Positions 46,093 through 56,329 are shown, counted from the first letter of the stretch. The stretch: 64,000 nt of DNA from an uncultured Phycisphaerales bacterium (GCA_963772725.1 CAVYYI010000004.1:128001-192000); one strand, 5' to 3'. Translations and numbers: made by a program. The notes: generated by a model from the letters alone, not told the origin.

Positions 46093-46928
46093 TTCGATAC
46101 CTTAATCAGGTTGTTAACATTTTCATGCAGGAGAGCATCAAATCCCGGCAATTGGGTATGAAGGGTATTTTCTTCTGGGAAGTTGCTGAATACAACAAGC
46201 TTGGTCTTTAGATGTTCGGCAAATGCTTCCGCAAATTCTGTCCCTTCCTGTTTGTTGGCGATAACAAAGTTAATCTTGTTTTGACCAGCCTCTTGAAGAT
46301 TATGATTTATCTGAGTCGGTGTCATTGTATCACGACCAGAAAATACCGAAACTGGATTTAATCCCAGCCATTGTGCAAATTCCACCTGATGTTGTGATAC
46401 GATAACATAGCTATTTTCCAATTTTGATTGTTCAATCTGTTCGAGCAACTCACGACTCAGACTTTTCATACGATTCTCAATTTCTACAAGCCTATACTCA
46501 TAATAAGCTTGTCGAGATGGTTTTTCTTCTGACAAAGCCGCAACTATCTGTTTGACAATTGCTAAATATGTATCAGGTATGCACAGTCCCTGTGGCGGAG
46601 CTATGCTGCACATTTTGAGCCCTTTATCTTTTATTCGCGGAATTGCCTTTTCGATATTTTGCTGAAAATCAAAAACGAACAAGATTTTACAATTACATAG
46701 CTGATTTACCTGAGATGGGGATATATCAAAATGTCCCGGACACATTCCCGGTGGCACAAGACTTATAATCTGCTGTTGATTACTGCAGACATCTTCAAGA
46801 ACTGCTTTTAAATAAGAATTTGCAACGGCAATTTCCGGCTTAATATTATTGTCTTCTTTTCGCTTACACCCTTCCATTATGAAGATAGTACAAACAAGCA
46901 AAATGGTGGTTCTTAAATACCTTAACAT
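46089..46928 (-). CDS. Metal ABC substrate-binding lipoprotein (ZnuA/TroA-like)
   Basis: Lipobox MEGC; SLVPPGMCPGHFDISP. Confidence 0.8.
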   Translation of the reverse strand: MLRYLRTTILLVCTIFIMEGCKRKEDNNIKPEIAVANSYLKAVLEDVCSNQQQIISLVPPGMCPGHFDISPSQVNQLCNCKILFVFDFQQNIEKAIPRIKDKGLKMCSIAPPQGLCIPDTYLAIVKQIVAALSEEKPSRQAYYEYRLVEIENRMKSLSRELLEQIEQSKLENSYVIVSQHQVEFAQWLGLNPVSVFSGRDTMTPTQINHNLQEAGQNKINFVIANKQEGTEFAEAFAEHLKTKLVVFSNFPEENTLHTQLPGFDALLHENVNNLIKVSK

Positions 46929-46931
46929 TAA

Positions 46932-47603
46932 TTAATTTCCTCTAAAAGAGCCAATATCATCACCGTTTTTCCAATGTATTCTAACTAAAAAACCTTTATG
47001 CTGCTGAGGGTTGTACCAAACTTCTTTAGGAATCGGGTATCTGCTTCCCAACAGAGAGCGAACCTGATTTTCATCAAAATTAGGGCCTAAACTGAATACA
47101 ACCCATTTTGCAGGCGATGCAGCTATATTATCGTACCATTTTCCGTCAGAGCTTTTAGTGCTGCTTTTTGCGGGGAAATCGTTTGGTAACCAAAGTTGTG
47201 CCTTGATCCATTTATCAATAATATCTCTGTCCGTGACACACTCGCCGATACTTCTGTATTTATAGGTGTGACCGGTATTAAAACGGTCTTCCATCGTTGT
47301 GGACATAGCTTCAAATTGACTGGTACTCGGCAAATAATTACCTTTCGCTAACTGGTCAGGAAGCTGGTACAAGTGATCTTTCAGCGTACCTGCAATACAA
47401 TCCTGCCGAGTTGGTGGGTATTTTTCGTGATCAATATAGTAGCATTCAAGAGCTAAACCAATCTGTCTCAAATCAGCATTAACAGCAAGTATTTTGGCTT
47501 GGAGGCGAGCACGGGCAAGCGATGGTAATAAAATACCCATTAACAATCCCATGATAGATATAACTACCAATAACTCAATAAGCGTAAAACCTTTTTTCAT
47601 CAT
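46932..47603 (-). CDS. Prepilin-type N-terminal cleavage protein
   Basis: KGFTLIELLVVISIM. Confidence 0.85.
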   Translation of the reverse strand: MMKKGFTLIELLVVISIMGLLMGILLPSLARARLQAKILAVNADLRQIGLALECYYIDHEKYPPTRQDCIAGTLKDHLYQLPDQLAKGNYLPSTSQFEAMSTTMEDRFNTGHTYKYRSIGECVTDRDIIDKWIKAQLWLPNDFPAKSSTKSSDGKWYDNIAASPAKWVVFSLGPNFDENQVRSLLGSRYPIPKEVWYNPQQHKGFLVRIHWKNGDDIGSFRGN

Positions 47604-47705
47604 ATAGACCATCAAGCGCAACAAAGAACCTAAGGTAATGCAGGAGAAGCCCTAAGCTCTTTGTTAAATCAATTAAAGCCAACGTTATTATAATGTTATG
47701 TTTGC

Positions 47706-48722
47706 TTATTGACCGTCGTCATACAACCCGGCCATTGTCTGCAGCCAGTTTTCTGCAAATTCTGCAAAATCAAAGAAATCAACCTTGAAATCTGAATTTA
47801 TATCACCCGGCAGATTACCGCGTTTATGTCCGCGATCCGTTAGCACCAAGCCGTTACCATCGTAGTTCGTAACCCAAATACGGTAACCATCCTTACAAAT
47901 CGTAGAACTGGTAGCCTCCTGATCGAAAATTCCGATCACATCGATTTGGCCAAGGGGGCAATCGTATCGCGTAAAACCATCGCCAATACCAAGCTTCACA
48001 GGAAACGTCAAACCGCCTGCACTCTTGATGGTAATTGTCTTGTCTGGTCCCCAGTTTTGGGAGTCAACAATATTTACATCATCAATTCTTACCAGACGCC
48101 CCTGATAGTATTCACATCCTACAAGTCTGTTTGGGTCAAAGATAAAGTTGTTACTTCCATCCTTAACCTGGTTAAGAGTAATTATCTCCGGCTGAGGCAG
48201 CCCCACTGCGGGCTTGATAACATTGATAGTAAAATCATAAAATGGCTCAACCCTGTGTTTTTCATTTGTATTTGTTTTGCCTTTGTAGAACTTATACCAA
48301 GCTGTTACTTCTATCCTGTCTCCTGCGGTTATAATATAATCCGTGGCTGGGTCTCTATTTATACGAAATAATTCACTAAGTAATTCCGTGTCATTGTAGT
48401 CTGCCGTCCCGCCATTATTGGTATAATATTGGCCTAACCACAATGCTGTTCCTGCATGGTCATCTCCTTCACCCTGAATATAGATTTGCCACTGGCCGCC
48501 TGCTGAAGTTCCGGGAGTTGGGTCAAGCATTTCTTCAGGATTATTCAATACAATCCCTTGGATTATTACCTTGTCAGTGGCGCTGTATGTCCCGACTCCG
48601 TTGGCATTTACAGCCTGCAATTGACGGTGTGTAACTTCAGCGACAGTAGGCTCATCAGCAAGACTTACTGAACCAAAAGACATCATGATGACAAGCATCA
48701 AGCTAATTTTTTTCATACCCAT
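47706..48722 (-). CDS. Secreted protein (OB-fold-like) with dockerin-like tail
   Basis: Signal peptide; GDINSDFKVDFFDFAEFAENWL. Confidence 0.7.
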   Translation of the reverse strand: MGMKKISLMLVIMMSFGSVSLADEPTVAEVTHRQLQAVNANGVGTYSATDKVIIQGIVLNNPEEMLDPTPGTSAGGQWQIYIQGEGDDHAGTALWLGQYYTNNGGTADYNDTELLSELFRINRDPATDYIITAGDRIEVTAWYKFYKGKTNTNEKHRVEPFYDFTINVIKPAVGLPQPEIITLNQVKDGSNNFIFDPNRLVGCEYYQGRLVRIDDVNIVDSQNWGPDKTITIKSAGGLTFPVKLGIGDGFTRYDCPLGQIDVIGIFDQEATSSTICKDGYRIWVTNYDGNGLVLTDRGHKRGNLPGDINSDFKVDFFDFAEFAENWLQTMAGLYDDGQ

Positions 48723-48750
48723 TGCTCCTTAAAAAAAGTAATAATTTTCC

Positions 48751-48778
48751 TTGACATAGCGCATACGATTCTTATAAT
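48751..48778 (+). promoter_or_regulatory. Sigma70 promoter for the cupin-nikR operon
   Basis: TTGACA-N16-TATAAT. Confidence 0.75.
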
Positions 48779-48880
48779 CGTAGTACTGGTGCATAAGAAT
48801 ATGAAATTCGTGCTACCAAGTCAAACATAAAATTATAGTATTTTGAAATATTTTATTTTAAGGTTGTAAGGAGTGTTCTT

Positions 48881-49231
48881 GTGTCCAAGCAGGCTTTTGT
48901 TATCAATCTAAAAAATAATGAGGAATATCACCCATTGTTAAATGGCGAACCGCAAACATGTGGAATGCGGGCAGGCAGAGTTTATTTGAAATCCGGGCAG
49001 TCCTGCGGCCAGCACTCTACGAACGCTCACGAAGAAACACTCGTTTTTCTGTCCGGACAAGGGCAGGCGTTAATCGGCGAAGAAAAAACTTGCCATCCTG
49101 TAGGTAATGGTAAAGTACTGTACATACCACCGCATACGCCCCATGATATCAAAAATTCAGGTAATGAGCCGCTGATTTATATATACTGTGTGGCTCCAAT
49201 AAACAAGGAGAAACAAAATGAGCAAGATTGA
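48881..49231 (+). CDS. Cupin domain protein
   Basis: HST..HEE....SG.G; IPPHTPH. Confidence 0.85.
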   Translation: MSKQAFVINLKNNEEYHPLLNGEPQTCGMRAGRVYLKSGQSCGQHSTNAHEETLVFLSGQGQALIGEEKTCHPVGNGKVLYIPPHTPHDIKNSGNEPLIYIYCVAPINKEKQNEQD

Positions 49232-49640
49232 ACGAATAGGTGTTTCACTTGAAAAGGAATTGCTTCCGGCCTTTGATAAGTTAATTGCTGCAGAGGGTTA
49301 TACAACCCGCTCTAAAGCGATTTGCGACCTCATTCGTGAACGCTTGTCGCGGAAGCAGTTGTCTGATTCCTCGGCTCACGCTGTGGCCGGTGTATTTTTA
49401 ATTTATGACCATCACGAAACAAGATTGTCACAAAGATTAGTTGATCTCCAGCATAACTATTTATTGCATATTATCGCATCCACCCATGTCCACCTTAGCC
49501 ATGACGATTGCCTTGAAGTAATAATCTTGAAAGGCAAAGTAAAAGAAATTGAAAAATTAGGCAGCAGCATAGCGTCTTTAAAAGGCGTTAAACTCAGCAA
49601 GATAAATCTTATGATCAGCAGTGATGAATTGATAGCTTAA
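49218..49640 (+). CDS. nikR: Nickel-responsive regulator NikR
   Basis: RIGVSL, YDHH, STHVHLSHDDCLEVI. Confidence 0.93.
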   Translation: MSKIERIGVSLEKELLPAFDKLIAAEGYTTRSKAICDLIRERLSRKQLSDSSAHAVAGVFLIYDHHETRLSQRLVDLQHNYLLHIIASTHVHLSHDDCLEVIILKGKVKEIEKLGSSIASLKGVKLSKINLMISSDELIA

Positions 49641-49682
49641 GCTATTATTTATTTCTCTCCATCGTTTTACACGGCAGTATAA

Positions 49683-50465
49683 TTATTCAAGAGTCTGCAA
49701 CCAATTTGAAGCAAATAGGGCAAAATCTAAAAGATTTACCTGTCCATCTCTATTGGTATCTGCTCTTTCATAATAATCATTGGATTTACTACTCTTGTCT
49801 TGAAGCCAGTAGTAGCAGAATTCAGATAAATCGTTTATGTCAACAACGCTGTCAATAGCCAGATCACCCGCCAATGGGTCTTTGACAAATACCAGGCTGA
49901 ATGGTTCTGATTGTTCATATGTACCAAACTGGTCGTAAATAATATATGTAATCCACTGTAAATCTGTCGCACCTGATGGTGCTGGTACCCGGTATTCCAG
50001 ATGCAGATGAGGATCTGAAAGGTTGCTGTGATTAATCCAATCACCAGCTTCATTCAACTCAATGCCCAAGACAGAATTTCTTGCGATAAATCCTGGTTTG
50101 ATGGAAACACATCCGATCATGATCTGGTAATCGACATTGGCTATTCCTTGAAGCTGTCTGTTGGGGTCATCGGCTTTTATTGTATCGAACCCAGGTTCGC
50201 CAATTTGGTACCGGCCATACATTGGATTGTAATATAACGGATAGTGCCAGTTTAACCAGGTAGGATCGCCGCTGTGAGCAGGATCGCTATGCCTGTATTT
50301 TTGTGTGCAATCCACAAACAACTTATTGTCATCGTCAGTGCCAATTATTCCATCAGAATTACAGCCAATTAAAAAATGGTTGAGAGAACAGCCAGCATTA
50401 CATAAACTGACCACCGATAAGTAAATTAATATTATTGTAAACATGAATTCTGTATTCTTTTGCAT
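49683..50465 (-). CDS. Secreted His-containing protein with dockerin-like tail
   Basis: Signal peptide; PHLHL; ADTNRDGQVNLLDF. Confidence 0.7.
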   Translation of the reverse strand: MQKNTEFMFTIILIYLSVVSLCNAGCSLNHFLIGCNSDGIIGTDDDNKLFVDCTQKYRHSDPAHSGDPTWLNWHYPLYYNPMYGRYQIGEPGFDTIKADDPNRQLQGIANVDYQIMIGCVSIKPGFIARNSVLGIELNEAGDWINHSNLSDPHLHLEYRVPAPSGATDLQWITYIIYDQFGTYEQSEPFSLVFVKDPLAGDLAIDSVVDINDLSEFCYYWLQDKSSKSNDYYERADTNRDGQVNLLDFALFASNWLQTLE

Positions 50466-50490
50466 TTCAAGTAACCTCCTTAATAAAAAG

Positions 50491-51267
50491 TTAATCATCC
50501 GCTGGCCAGCGAGGTGCAACATCAGGAAACCAAAAGCAATTTCCCGGCCAGCTATAAGTTTGTTCTATTTCGAGTGTCTCATTGTGGCCGTCTATGAAAA
50601 GGTAATTTGATTTTCCGGAGTGACGGTCCCATGCAATTTGTCCCTTTGCAAGTTGAATATTGCAGAACCACTGTTCCGGATGCAGGTGGTCAGCAGAAGT
50701 CCATGATGAAGGACTTTCGGCAACATAGATGCAATATTGAGGTTTGCGAATAGACCTGGCCACATTGTATCTGCCGCCATATCGGGGACATCTGGAGTCA
50801 AGCAAAGCGTTAAGCGCAAAGCTCGACCATCGTAAATCTTTCGGCTGCTCACTAAGCGGTTTGTTCCAGTCGATGAAATTTTTAGCCTTATCACTTGGGC
50901 ACCTGAATAACAGTTCTTCGCCGGTATATTTAGACAATATCTTGATCCAGTATTTGTTCGGATCAGAAATATGACAGGAACTGTCAGGAAGGTGGTCATC
51001 ATTGTCTAAAAGGTATATGGTCAAAGCTATGCCCGTTTGACGCATATTACTGGAACACACTAACTTTTTAGCTTGCTGTCGTGCTTTGTTAAGAGAAGGC
51101 AACAGTATGCCCAACAAAAGTGCAATGATTGATATCACTACCAGCAGTTCAATTAGTGTAAATGCATTGTGTCGGTAATTGTACGGGGATATATAGCTGG
51201 GACAGTTTATCCTGCCCCAGCTATGCTTGCCACACAAATTGCGGAATATAAACTCTTTATGTTTCAT
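50491..51267 (-). CDS. Prepilin-type / H-X9-DG (DUF1559-like) protein
   Basis: AFTLIELLVV; RHSGKSNYLFIDGH. Confidence 0.9.
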   Translation of the reverse strand: MKHKEFIFRNLCGKHSWGRINCPSYISPYNYRHNAFTLIELLVVISIIALLLGILLPSLNKARQQAKKLVCSSNMRQTGIALTIYLLDNDDHLPDSSCHISDPNKYWIKILSKYTGEELLFRCPSDKAKNFIDWNKPLSEQPKDLRWSSFALNALLDSRCPRYGGRYNVARSIRKPQYCIYVAESPSSWTSADHLHPEQWFCNIQLAKGQIAWDRHSGKSNYLFIDGHNETLEIEQTYSWPGNCFWFPDVAPRWPADD

Positions 51268-51294
51268 TTCAGATTCCCAAAGAGCCTTCTACAA

Positions 51295-51780
51295 CTAAAT
51301 GGAAGTTTTTCTTGACCTGATAATTGAAATCAAACCAATTCCCAACAATACAATTGATGCTGGTTCAGGGACAGTTACAAAATCCAGTGTATATTGAGCC
51401 GACTCGGCGAAGCTTGTTGAGCTGGTGTCGAAGACCGTAAAAGTTGCCGAAAACATTTGTCCGGGACCATCCGCTAAAGCCAGAAATTCAGTATGGTTAT
51501 GGAAGTGCCAAGCACCTAATCCACTGCTGCCGTTAGGTAGTTGTGGGTCCCAATCAGGCTTTTCAAATGCAAAAGTTGCTCCGTCTGATGTCAATATTTG
51601 CAGGGTTGTAGCCTCATCTTCCATCCAGAAGTTAACTGGGTCGGAAAAACTTATGCGTTTTAATCCTATCCTCCAGTCAGGCTGGGTAAATTCGTTGTTG
51701 AAATCCAACTGAAATAAGCCGTTTTCAGGATGGGCGGAATGCCAGCAGTCAAGCTCTGCTACATAAATTTGTTTGCTGCC
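51295..51780 (-). pseudogene. PEP-CTERM protein, 5' end removed at the IS21 boundary
   Basis: Frame open up to the IS end; WHFHNH; VPEPASIVLLGIGL..RSRK. Confidence 0.85.
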
Positions 51781-51883
51781 TGATCAGCGACAATTATTCT
51801 TACCTTCCGGCGACAGTTAAAAGTTCCGGATGAATTAAAGTTGGAATATGCTATCTGAAACTCATTAAGTCAGGAGATTTCAG

Positions 51884-53371
51884 ATGGTTAAAGACAAACA
51901 GGTAAGGAGATTGTTCGCTATGAAAAACAAATGCAAGACCTTATATCAGCTTGCAGACAAGGCTGGTATAAGCACTAAAACCGCCCGCAAGTATTTAAAA
52001 ACGGGCGTGCTGCCCAGCCAATGCCAAGCTATCCACGACTGGCCCACCCATCCGGATGCCTTTGCAGGGGATTGGCCATGGGTTGAAGAATTCCTCAAAA
52101 ACAACTCCGGTCTTGAATCTAAATCGCTTTTTGAGGCTCTGCAGCGTGAATATCCCGGTAAATACCAGGACAGCGAATTAAGAACCTTCCAGAGACGAGT
52201 AAAACAATGGAAAGCCTTGTCCGGTCCGGCTCAGGAAGTGTTTTTTCCACAAATCTATAAACCCGGCCAATGGTGCGAATCAGACTTTACCAGGATGAAT
52301 AAGCTGGGTATCACCATTTGCGGCATACCTTTTATTCACATGCTGTACCATTTTGTATTGTGTTTGTCGAACTGGGAAACCGTCACGGTATGTTTTTCAG
52401 AAAGCTATGAAAGTTTAAGTGCCGGTATTCAAAATGCCCTCTGGAAGTTAGGCGGCATACCACGCTATCATAGGACTGATAATTTAACCTGTGCGGTTAA
52501 CAAGGTAGGCAATCCTGAGGAATTCACGGCTAACTATCAGGGTCTTGCGAATCATTATGGTTTCCAAAGCTGTAAAATCCAGCCTCACTGTCCGAATGAA
52601 AACGGCGATATAGAGCAGCGTCATCACAGGTTAAAGAGAGCTGTTGAACAGGCGTTAATCCTTAGAGGAAGCAGAGATTTTAACAGCAGGAAAGATTATG
52701 AAATGTTTCTTGAAAAGCTGCTCGACCAACTCAATACCGGCCGCACAAAACTCTTGGCCGAAGAGTTAAAGGTTCTGCGGCAATTGCCAACCCGCAGGCA
52801 TGAAGATTTCACCAGGGATAAATGCAGGGTAAGTCGTGGCTGCACGGTCCGAGTTCTTAAGAACAGCTATTCTGTTCACAGCAGGCTTAGGGGAGAAAAT
52901 GTTGACGTTCGAATATATGCCGAACATATCGAAGTCTGGTATGCTCAAAGAAGAATTGAAGTATTGCCCAGATTACACGGTGAAAACGGTCATTACATCA
53001 ATTACCGCCACGTTATAGATACCCTTGTTCGCAAACCCGGGGCGTTTGAGAACTATTGCTATAAAGATGATATGTTTCCCACAAGTCAGTTCAGGATCGC
53101 ATATGATCTCCTGCGTGATCAACATGGGATGAAGCAGGGTAATAAGCAGTATCTGAAAATTCTTGAATTAGCTGCCAACGAAAGCCAGACATCTGTCAAT
53201 GAAGCTTTGCGGTTCCTGATCAACCATGCAGATGCGATTGATTTTGATATGGTAGAACAAATAGTCAAATCCGAACAACAGCCGCCGGATGTCACTGACG
53301 TTTGTGTTGGCGATATTGATCTGAACAGTTATGACTGTCTACTTGAATCGGCGGAGGCACTACTGGTATGA
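51884..53371 (+). CDS. istA: IS21 transposase IstA
   Basis: DDE motifs SDF, TDN, ENGDIE. Confidence 0.95.
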   Translation: MVKDKQVRRLFAMKNKCKTLYQLADKAGISTKTARKYLKTGVLPSQCQAIHDWPTHPDAFAGDWPWVEEFLKNNSGLESKSLFEALQREYPGKYQDSELRTFQRRVKQWKALSGPAQEVFFPQIYKPGQWCESDFTRMNKLGITICGIPFIHMLYHFVLCLSNWETVTVCFSESYESLSAGIQNALWKLGGIPRYHRTDNLTCAVNKVGNPEEFTANYQGLANHYGFQSCKIQPHCPNENGDIEQRHHRLKRAVEQALILRGSRDFNSRKDYEMFLEKLLDQLNTGRTKLLAEELKVLRQLPTRRHEDFTRDKCRVSRGCTVRVLKNSYSVHSRLRGENVDVRIYAEHIEVWYAQRRIEVLPRLHGENGHYINYRHVIDTLVRKPGAFENYCYKDDMFPTSQFRIAYDLLRDQHGMKQGNKQYLKILELAANESQTSVNEALRFLINHADAIDFDMVEQIVKSEQQPPDVTDVCVGDIDLNSYDCLLESAEALLV

Positions 53372-54132
53372 GTAAAAATGATCTGGATAATCAGCTTGTA
53401 AACCTTCTCAAAGAACTTCACCTGCCGATGTTCCGTGAATATTACGCCGAGTTCGCTCAGAAGGCTATCGCCGAAGATATGGGTTATTCACAATATCTAT
53501 TGGAATTGGCTCAGCGTGAGTGTGATGTTCGCAGAGCCAATAAAATCGCAAGGCTGGTAAAAGCCTCAAAGCTTCCTATGGAAAAGACCATGGCAAACTT
53601 TGATTTTAAACGTATGCCGTTGAAGATACGTCAGCAGGTCAAAATTCTTTTGGAAGGTTCATTTGTTGACAGAACAGAGAATATTCTTGCATTTGGCAAA
53701 CCCGGCAGCGGTAAGACACATTTACTGTGTGGTATCTGTCATGAACTTGCCCGGCAGGGAAAAAAGGTTTACTTTACTACGTGTGATATGATGTTGCAGG
53801 AGTTATTACGAGCCAAGCAGGAGTTGAAGCTGGACAAATGGCTCAAGAAGCTGTCACAGTACGAGGCATTGATGATAGATGACTTCGGCTATGTCAAACA
53901 GAACCGCGAGGAGATGGAGGTGCTGTTTACCTTATTAGCTCATTGTTATGAACGTGGCAGCGTGTTGATTACCAGCAATCTGCCGTTCAGTAAATGGGAA
54001 GTCATCTTTAAGGATCCGATGACCACTGCAGCAGCGATCGACCGGCTGGTACATCATAGTGTGATCCTTGAATTGAATGTACCGAGCTACCGAGCTGAGG
54101 AAGCTCAGAGACGGAAAAATAAGGACACGTAA
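53368..54132 (+). CDS. istB: IS21 ATPase IstB
   Basis: Walker A/B motifs. Confidence 0.95.
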   Translation: MSKNDLDNQLVNLLKELHLPMFREYYAEFAQKAIAEDMGYSQYLLELAQRECDVRRANKIARLVKASKLPMEKTMANFDFKRMPLKIRQQVKILLEGSFVDRTENILAFGKPGSGKTHLLCGICHELARQGKKVYFTTCDMMLQELLRAKQELKLDKWLKKLSQYEALMIDDFGYVKQNREEMEVLFTLLAHCYERGSVLITSNLPFSKWEVIFKDPMTTAAAIDRLVHHSVILELNVPSYRAEEAQRRKNKDT

Positions 54133-54251
54133 TGTCCGAAATTTTGCCCCCCATGGGGGGCACCTCCTAAAGGCTATAAGCTAAGGTAAGTGTTATGAAG
54201 TAACGGTAAAAATAACTGTCGTTGAAGGGAAATTATAATTGACGCCGGACA

Positions 54252-54340
54252 TCTCCCTGCTGTATGCTGTAAAGAGCAAGTCTTAATGTATTGAAAACTG
54301 TCTCAGGTTCGGTTTGAGTAATAATGATACCAAGTTTCAT
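54252..54340 (-). pseudogene. DsrE-family protein N-terminus truncated by IS21
   Basis: MKLGIIITQTEPETVFNTLRLALYSIQQG runs into the IS end. Confidence 0.7.
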
Positions 54341-54345
54341 AAACA

Positions 54346-54498
54346 TCAATCTCCTTTCCGGCAGCAATCATCTGATGTGCACGGATGCTCTTTGACATCG
54401 CCGTGACATTCTTGGATTTGTTCGGGCGTACATTTCTCCGGCATCTCTTTCAGGTTTTGTGGTTTTTTACAACCTTGTTTTTCATTAAAGCAGCACAT
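54346..54498 (-). CDS. Small Cys/His-rich peptide
   Basis: (M)CCFNEKQGCKKP..CTPEQIQECHG..HPC..CC. Confidence 0.5.
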   Translation of the reverse strand: MCCFNEKQGCKKPQNLKEMPEKCTPEQIQECHGDVKEHPCTSDDCCRKGD

Positions 54499-54809
54499 TT
54501 TAGGGTTCCTTTCTTTGTTGTACCGACCCCTGATTTGGGGTCCAGCAGTTCTTCTATTGCCTCTTGCCACACGGCAAGAGTTTTTTCATTCAGACGGTAG
54601 TGGACGTAATAACCTCGCTTCTCATCAATCACCAGCCCCACGTCACGCATTACCCTTAGATGCTGCGAAATCGCTCCAGGTGTCACGTCTAATCGAGTAG
54701 CCAAGGCATTAACACATAATGCTCGACCTTTTAAAAGCCGGAGTATTTCTACCCTGGTTTCGACCGAGAGAACTTTCAGTAACCGTGCCGTGTTTTTATT
54801 ATCAAACAT
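54450..54809 (-). CDS. ArsR/SmtB family regulator
   Basis: LCVNALA..AISQHLRVMR..GLV..KRG..HYRL. Confidence 0.9.
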   Translation of the reverse strand: MFDNKNTARLLKVLSVETRVEILRLLKGRALCVNALATRLDVTPGAISQHLRVMRDVGLVIDEKRGYYVHYRLNEKTLAVWQEAIEELLDPKSGVGTTKKGTLKCAALMKNKVVKNHKT

Positions 54810-55091
54810 ATTTTAGTACCCGCTAAAATACTATAATAAATCTCACTTACTGTCAAGCCGAATTTTCAAATGTTGTGTGCCTAGAGCAGAACAGAATGGT
54901 GGATGACTTTTGAGTATTGGTCATACAATCAAAAAATGCTTTTTGAGGAGTTGGGAAGTTATTTTTGTAACCACTGTTCTATGGGTAACTGGTATATAAT
55001 ACTGTGTACCCAGCAGCATATAGCTGTCGCTACAATGTGATGAAAAACCGCAGCCAGAAAAGCTGCTGCGGTGAAAAGGAAATAAAAGAAC

Positions 55092-55277
55092 TCACCGGTG
55101 TGAGGGAAAGAATATAATCCTTTTTGCTTCCTTGTCGATAGCCAGACATAACTTCGGATTCTCGAACATAGGCAAATACTCGTTGCCTTCCTCATCCGAT
55201 GACAGCCAGACGTGGTAGTCATCGCTGATTTCATTTCCAATTTCATTCAAAAGCTTCTTCAGGGAAGCAACTGTCAT
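55092..55277 (-). CDS. Hypothetical protein
   Basis: SSDEEGN motif ORF. Confidence 0.5.
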   Translation of the reverse strand: MTVASLKKLLNEIGNEISDDYHVWLSSDEEGNEYLPMFENPKLCLAIDKEAKRIIFFPSHR

Positions 55278-55310
55278 AATATTTTGTTTAGCCAATTTTA
55301 TCACCTCCAA

Positions 55311-55970
55311 TCAGCCAACGGGCTCTAAAACTTTAATTGTTTTGGGCACAAGAATCTCTTCTTCTGCGATGCGATAATTCTTACAGAGATCAAGATACTC
55401 CATGACAATGCCATCGCATAACCTGTCAAAATCCTGCACCAACTCAACACGTTCTCGAATTTCACTCAACGTCCAATCTTCAAAATCTTCGTATTCATCA
55501 ACACTTTTACCAGGCCAGGTGAAGACCTGCATATGCGTCTGTTTAAAATTTACTCTTGCCTTGGCATCGCATCTACCGCAAATACCAATTTGGCCTTCCG
55601 ATACTGCCTCATAGTTTTTCTGGCCACAGTGCGTACAATAGCTTTTGTAGCCGCTGGGTTTTATGCCGCCCCTGTAAAGGACAACATAGCCACCGCTTCT
55701 GCCGTTAATTCCTGCCTGCCATTGCCATTCATGCCTTCTACCGAAATCTTCAAGCATGTCGCTTAGTTTTTCCTGCCATTGGGTCAGCCCAATCATTTCC
55801 CACCACGTCTCTTCGTCTACATCATCAGGCTTGTCAATGTTGTATAGCTTGATGTTATTTGCGTAGCTGGTCGATTTGTTCCAGCTGTTCATTGTGTTAT
55901 ACCGGAAATGTTTTTTCAGAAATTTGACCATCGATTCTCTGTATCTTTTATCAACTTCTTTGTAATACAT
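55311..55970 (-). CDS. Mobile-element hypothetical protein with zinc ribbon
   Basis: HFRYNTMNSWN, NGRSGGY, CTHC..CGRC. Confidence 0.7.
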   Translation of the reverse strand: MYYKEVDKRYRESMVKFLKKHFRYNTMNSWNKSTSYANNIKLYNIDKPDDVDEETWWEMIGLTQWQEKLSDMLEDFGRRHEWQWQAGINGRSGGYVVLYRGGIKPSGYKSYCTHCGQKNYEAVSEGQIGICGRCDAKARVNFKQTHMQVFTWPGKSVDEYEDFEDWTLSEIRERVELVQDFDRLCDGIVMEYLDLCKNYRIAEEEILVPKTIKVLEPVG

Positions 55971-55987
55971 TTTGTCACCTCATCTTT

Positions 55988-56260
55988 CTAATCCATAATT
56001 AAAGCACCTTTTTTTATCGCCTCGCCTATATTGGTATAGGCACTGTCAAGAATCTGGCTTTCAGTTAATTCCTGCTCGCTGTCATCAATGAGATTCAGCA
56101 CATAGAAACTGTTGTCATCTGGGTAATACCTGATGTGCTTGGAGCTTCTCAGACCTCCATTTAGCAGGATGAAACAATCCAGTCCGTTTTCATCCTTTGC
56201 CAGCTCTTTCAACTGCATAATTGTTTTTATCCGTCTATCTTTTGTTTTTTGGTTTGTCAT
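55988..56260 (-). CDS. Hypothetical protein
   Basis: GAGGTG RBS. Confidence 0.6.
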   Translation of the reverse strand: MTNQKTKDRRIKTIMQLKELAKDENGLDCFILLNGGLRSSKHIRYYPDDNSFYVLNLIDDSEQELTESQILDSAYTNIGEAIKKGALIMD

Positions 56261-56329
56261 ATTGCACCTCATTTAATAAAAGTGGCTTAGCGATAGCCAA
56301 ACATTGCTATCGCTAAGCTCTGGTTAATA

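Larger units (their letters stand above)
51781..54251 (+). mobile_element. IS21-family element, copy 2 (2471 bp, intact)
   Basis: Ends TGATCAGCGACAATTAT / ATAATTGACGCCGGACA (13/17 inverted match). Confidence 0.95.
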
